64,000 nt of DNA from Isurus oxyrinchus (taxonomy: Eukaryota). The position numbers were made by a program, and so were the translations under genes. Below the pieces are notes generated by a model. It searched no databases. It saw only the letters and a list, made by a program, of their open reading frames with translations, and was not told the origin of the DNA. The stretch covers positions 106,268,001-106,332,000 of the forward strand of contig JANJGN010000008.1 in the NCBI GenBank assembly GCA_026770705.1, given 5' to 3'. Shown here one piece after another: positions 58,201 to 64,000 of this stretch. Positions within the stretch are counted from its first letter, which is position 1; each line of letters starts with the position of its first letter.

Positions 58201-58560
58201 TGTCTACACCCCAAAACTGACCCAGCCCGACAACACGCGAAAGCTGACACAGCTGACCATCCCCCTAACCCATCCCAACTACCCACCCCGACACAGCCCG
58301 ACTAATCCCCGACCCAGCATGTCTACCCACAATGACCCAGCCCGAATACCCCCCCGACCCAGTCCGATTATCACCCTCGATCCAGTCTGACTACCCTCCC
58401 CGACCCAGCCCGACTACATCCTGACCCAGACCAACTCCTCCCCTCGACCCAGCCCGATTACACCCCCCGACCCAGTCCAGCTCCCAACCTCGACCCAGAC
58501 TGACTTCCCTCTCCGACCCAGCCCGACTGCCCCCGCCGGCCAAACCCGACTGCCATCCCC
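49251..58560. repeat. Sub-domain B continuation: 24-bp units plus further TATTATA cassettes
   Basis: Cassettes occur at 50253, 51119, 51922, 53190 and 57274, with variants near 53849 and 54777. The segment 50730-52800 resembles 52790-54500 (e.g. ACCAGACCTGAAC near 50748 and 52807). Confidence 0.75.
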
Positions 58561-58724
58561 AACCGATCACAACTGCACTCTACCTGGGTGCCAATCCATT
58601 AAACCCGACTACAGCCCTTAACCCCATTGACCCTTCCCTATCAAAAGTAACATGTCCAAATCCAAACATTCTACGCCCCCCCACTTGCCCGAACATGAAC
58701 ACCCGCTGATCCTACCTCACTATC

Positions 58725-61700
58725 CCCTGACATGACAGCACTCAACATGACAAACCCCAACCTGACAAACCCTTGACCTAACTAAACCCAACCTGACTAA
58801 CCCCGATGTGACTAACCCCAACTTGACTAACTCCCAATGTGACAAAAACTGACCTGACGAAACCCCAATCTTAATATAGCCTGAACTAACATCTCATGAT
58901 CTGACTAACTCTTCACCTGACTAATGCCGGACCTGACAAATCCCTGACCTGACCAACCCCCATCCTGACTAAGGCCAGACCTGACTAACCCCCAACCTGA
59001 CAAACCCCTGACCTGACTAACCCCAACCTAACTTACCCCTGACTTGACTAACCCTTGACCTGACTAACACTTGACCTGATGTAGCCTGACTTGACTAACT
59101 CCTGACGTGACTAACCCCCAACCTAACTAACCCCTGACCTGACTTACAATCAACCTCACAAACCCCGAACTGACTTGACTAAAACCTGAACTGCCTAACT
59201 CTTGACCTGACTAACCCCGACCTGACTAACTCTTGACCTGACTAACACACGACCTGACAAAAACCTGAGCGGACTAAGCCGCAACCTGACTAACACCTGA
59301 CCTGACTAACACCTGACCTGACTAACACTTGACCTGACTGACCCCTGACCAGACTAACTATTGACCTGACTAACACACGATATGACTAACCAGTGACCTG
59401 ACTAACTCTTCTCTTGACTAACCCTTGACCTGACTAACTCCTAACCTGACTAACAGCTGAACTCACAAACGCTGATCTGACCAACCCCTAACATGACCAC
59501 TCCCCAACCTGACTAATACCCTAACTGAATAAACCCCAACATGACTAACACTTGAGCTCACAAACCCCAGACCTGACTAATCCCGACCTGACTAACACCT
59601 GACCTGACTAAACCCTGACGTGACAAACACCCGACCTGACTAACCCCCGACCTGACTAAACCACGACCTTACTAACTCACGACCTGACTAACTCTTCACC
59701 TGACTAACCCCAACCTAACTAACCCCTGACTTGACTAACCCCTGACTTGAGTAGCTCTTGACATGACTAAATCTTGACTGACTAACCTGTGACATGACTA
59801 ACCCCCAACCTAACTAACGCCTGACCTGCCTAACTCCCGACATGACAATCCCCGAACTGACTAAACTCTGACTTGACTAACCCCTAACCTCAGTATCTCT
59901 TGACCTGTATAACCCCCAACATGACTAACACCCTAACTGACTAACGCCTGACCTGACAGAACCCCAACCTGAATAAACTCTGGCCTGGCTAACTCTTGAC
60001 CTGACTAACACCCAACCTGACAAAACCCTGACCTGACTAACTCCCAACCTGACTTACCCTATGACATGACTAACCCCTGAACCAAATAACTCTTGACCTA
60101 ACTAATCGCTGACCTAACTCTTGACCAGAAAAAGTCCCGACCTGAATAACCACTCACCTGATTAACTCTTCACCAGACTAACACCAGACCTGACCAACAC
60201 TTGTCCTGATTAACACCTGACCTGAAAAACTCCTGACCTGTCCAACCCCCGACCTGACTAACACCTGATCTGACTAAAACCCGACCTGACATACACTGAT
60301 CTGACTAACCCCCAACATGACTAACCCCCAAACTGACTAAAATCTGACCTGACTATCCCCAACCTGACTGACACCTGACCTGACTAACCCCTGAACAGAT
60401 AAACCCTGATCTGAATAACTCTTGACCTGACTAAACCGCAACCTAACACTTGACTTGACAAACCACCGACCTGACTAACCCCAGACTGACTAAGCACCAA
60501 ACTGACTAACCCCTGAACTGAATAACCCCTGACCTGACCAACACCTGACCTGTCAAACCCTGGACCTAACTAACCGCGACCTGACTAAACCCCGACCTGA
60601 CTAAACCCTAATCTGACTAACCCATGACGTGACAAACCCTGATCTGATTAAACACTGACCTGACTAACCACCGACCTGACTAACCCCCAACCTGACTAAA
60701 CCCCAACTTGCCTATCCCCTGACCAGACTAACACCTGACATGAAAAACCCTGATCTGATTAACCCCTGACCTGACAAACCTCCGACCAGACTAACACCCG
60801 ACCTGACTAAACTCCAACCTGACTATCCCCCGCCCTGAATAAATCTTAACCTGACTAACCCCCGACCTGAGAAGTCCCTGACCTGACTAACCCCCAATCT
60901 GAGGACACCCAACCTGACTAATGCCCGACCTGTCTAACCTCCAACCTGACTAAACCCCGACCTGCCTAAACCCCAACCTTACTAACCTGTGAGTTGTCAA
61001 AACCCTGACCTGAATAACGCTTGAACTGACTAACCCATGACTTGCCTAATCGCCAACCTGACTAACCCCCAACCTAACTAACCCCTGACCTGACTAAGAC
61101 CCGACCTGACAAACCCCGAAGTGACTAACCTGTGATTTGACTAACAGCTGATCTGACTAAGACCTGACTAACCCCCAATCAGAGTAAACTCCAACTTGAC
61201 TATTGCCCGACCTGTCTCACCCCCATTCTGAGTAAATTCCAACCTGACTAACCCCCAACCAAAATAACCTCAGAGTTGACAAAGCCCTGACCTGAATAAG
61301 GCTTGACCTGACTAACCCATGATTTGAATACTGCCAACCTGACTAACCCCCAACCTAACTAACCCCTGAACTGACTAACCACTGATCTGACTAACTCTTC
61401 ACCTGACTAACCATTGACCTGACTAACAGCCGACCTAACAAACGCTGATCTGAATAACCACCAACATGACTAAACTCTAAACTGACTAAAACACTACCTG
61501 ACTATCGCCTGACCTAAATAACCCACGATATGAATATTCCCTGACATGACAAACCCTGATCTGAATAACGCTTGACCTGACTAAACCCCGACCTGACTAA
61601 CCCCTGACCTCACAAACGTCCCACCTGACTAACCCTGAACTGATTAACCCCCAAACTGACTAACACGCGACCTGATTATCGCCTAACCTGACAAAACCCA

Positions 61701-64000
61701 GAGTTGACTAATCCATGACCTGACAATTGCTGATGTGACTAACCCCCGACCTGAATATCCCATGACTTGACTAACGCCGACATGACTAATCCCCGACATG
61801 ACTAGCCCCTGAAATGATTAATCCAAGACTTAATTAATCTCCGACATGACTAAACCCCAACCTGACTAACTTCTGATCTGACTAACCCTCGACTTGACTA
61901 ACCCACGACCTGAGTAAACCCGCCCTGATTATCCCCAGACCTTGATGAACCACTGACCTGACAAATCCCCAACCTGACTAACCCCCAACCTGAATAAACC
62001 CCAACATTACTAAACCCCGATGTGTCGAACTCTTGACCTGACTAACCCCCGACCTGACAAATCCAGGACCTGAATAACCCCCAACATAACTAACCCCTGA
62101 CCTGACTAACGACCAACTTACCTAATCCCTGACCTGAAAAACACCCGACATGACAAACCAGAACCTGACTAAACCCTGACTTGACTAACCCCTGACCACA
62201 CTAACTCTTGACCCGTCTAGCCCCCAACCTGACTAACACCCTAACTGGGGAACCCGTGATCTGATTAAACCCCAAACTGACTAATCCCTAACCTGGCTAA
62301 CTCTTGACCCAACATCCAACCAGACAAAATCCCTTAACTGACTAACTCCCGACCTGACTAACCAGTGACCTGACTAAGCTCTGAACTGACTAAATCATGA
62401 CCTGACTAACACCTCACCTGACAAACTCTTGTATTGACTAACTCCCGACCTGACTAACAACTCACCTGATTAACTCGTCACCTGAGAAACCCCTGATCTG
62501 ACTAACACCTGACCTGACAAATCCTGAGCTGACTAACCCCCAACATGACTAAGCACAAAACTAACTAAAATCCGACCTGACTATCCCCAACATGACTAAC
62601 CCCTGACCAGACTAAACCCTGACCTGATAAACCATGATCTGAACAACCCTGGACATGACTAAACCCCGACCTGACTAACCCTTGACTTGACAAACCCCGG
62701 ACCAGACTAACCACCACCAGCCTAAACCGCGACCTGACTAACCCCCAACCTGATAACCCCTGACCTGACTATCCCCTGACCTGACTAACCCCGATTTGAC
62801 TAACCCCTGACCTGACTAACACCTGACGTGACAAACCCCTGACCTGACTAACCGCAACATGACTAAGCCCCGAACTGACTAAACCCTGATCTGACTAACC
62901 CATGACCTGACAAACCCTGATCTGATTAAGCCCTGACCTGACTACCAACCAACCTGACTAACCCCCAAACTGACTAAACCCCAACCTGACTATCCCCTGA
63001 CCTGACTAACCCCTGACCTGACACACCCTGATCTGAATAACCTCTGACCGGACAAACCCACAACCAGACTACCCCCAGACCTGACTAAAACTCTAACCTG
63101 ACTAACGCCCGACCTGACAAAACCCTGACCTGACTAATCCCTCACCTGACTAAAACTTGACCTGACTGACCCCTGACCTGACTAACTCTTGACCTAACAC
63201 CCGACATGACTAAACGCTGACCTGAAAAACTCTAAACCTGACTAACCTCTGACCTAACAGCCGACCTAAAAAACTGCTGATCTGACTAACCCCCAACATG
63301 ACTAAACTCCAACCTTACTAAAACCCGACCTGACTAACATCTGACCTGACTAACCCGCGAAATGAATAATCCCTGAACTGACAAAACTTGATCTGAATAA
63401 CCCTTGACCTCACTAAACACCGACCTGACTAATGACTGACCTCACAAACCCCCGACTTGACTAACACCGAACTGACTATCCTCTAACATGACAAAACCCC
63501 GACCTGACTAACCCCTGACCTGAAAAATCCTGATCTGACTAATTCCTGACCTGACTAACACTTGACCTGAGTGACCCCTGACCTGACTAACTCTTGACCT
63601 TTCTAACACCCGACCTGACTAACTACTCACCTGATTAAATCGTCAACTGACTAACCCCTGATATGTCTAACAACTGACCTGACTAACTCTTGACCTGAAT
63701 AACACCCGACCTGACAAATCCTGATCTGACTAAACCCTAACATGACAAACCTCAAAACTGACTAAAACCCGACCTGACTATCACCGACCTGACTAACCCC
63801 TGACCAGATTAAACCCTGACCTGATAAACCATGATCTGAATAACCCTTGACCTCACAAACCCCCGATCTGTCTAACCCCAACCTGACTAAACCGCGACCT
63901 GACTAAGCCCTGAACTGATTAACCCCTGTCCTGCCTAACCACCGAACAGACTAACCCCTGACCTGATAACCCCCGACCTCACTATTCCCTGACCTGACTA
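58725..64000. repeat. 16-bp tandem satellite, consensus CCTGACTAACCCCTGA, roughly 330 diverged copies, truncated by the window end
   Basis: The unit is read directly (e.g. 59280-59400, 62760-62860). It is rich in TGA and TAA, which explains why no ORFs are called here. Confidence 0.96.

Larger units (their letters stand above)
6320..58560. repeat. ~52-kb C/A-rich degenerate satellite; core CCCGACCCAGCCCGACTACCC plus variable C-tract/AAAC linker, unit 24-30 bp, on the order of 1900 units
   Basis: The core recurs throughout; for example, units start at 6571, 6599, 6628 and 6658. There is an underlying 5-bp substructure (CCGAC-CCAGC-CCGAC-TACCC). GGG is almost absent on the + strand. Confidence 0.97.
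4778..64000 (+). other. Very large, satellite-filled intron of the KCNIP gene (at least 59 kb, end not in window)
   Basis: No exon encoding the expected continuation (D..YA..LFNAFD…) is visible in the unique segments 4778-6320 or 58560-58725. The rest is tandem repeat. Confidence 0.7.

Noticed and set aside
6365-58390. Pro/Thr/Gln-rich (+) and Gly/Val/Trp-rich (-) ORFs resembling mucin, extensin or glycine-rich proteins
   Set aside because: Unit length varies from 24 to 30 nt with C-tract indels that do not preserve frame, ORFs appear in all six frames, and duplicated copies do not conserve their ORFs.
6320-58560. Immunoglobulin switch region (GGGCT/GGGGT pentamers on the minus strand)
   Set aside because: No Ig exons are present, AGCT hotspots are only sporadic, and the neighbouring exon is KCNIP. 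The resemblance is compositional.
58725-64000. True telomere or interstitial (TTAGGG)n tract
   Set aside because: The period is 16 nt, not 6, and there are no consecutive CCCTAA runs.

Overview
This is eukaryotic, most likely vertebrate, DNA and not a prokaryotic locus. The only coding sequence I can support is one 70-nt internal exon (4708-4777, + strand, canonical AG/GT) encoding [23 protein letters not shown]. This is the EF-1 region of a Kv-channel-interacting protein (KCNIP/KChIP, neuronal calcium sensor family). About 97% of the window is intronic tandem repeat in three arrays. (1) A G/T-rich 31-bp minisatellite (1-4616) ends about 90 nt before the exon. (2) A ~52-kb C/A-rich degenerate satellite (~6320-58560) has 24-30-bp units built on CCCGACCCAGCCCGACTACCC, with kb-scale higher-order duplications including a ~9.4-kb tandem duplication, and G-quadruplex motifs on the minus strand. 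(3) A 16-bp CCTGACTAACCCCTGA satellite (~58725 to the window end) reads, in the sense transcript, as an array of ACUAAC branch-point/QKI-type motifs. I did not find the next KCNIP exon, so the downstream intron appears to be at least 59 kb. The supplied ORFs look like repeat-translation artefacts. I see no CRISPR array, RNA gene or novel protein-coding system. The interest lies in the satellite architecture of a giant intron. Copy numbers and offsets were read by eye and are approximate.
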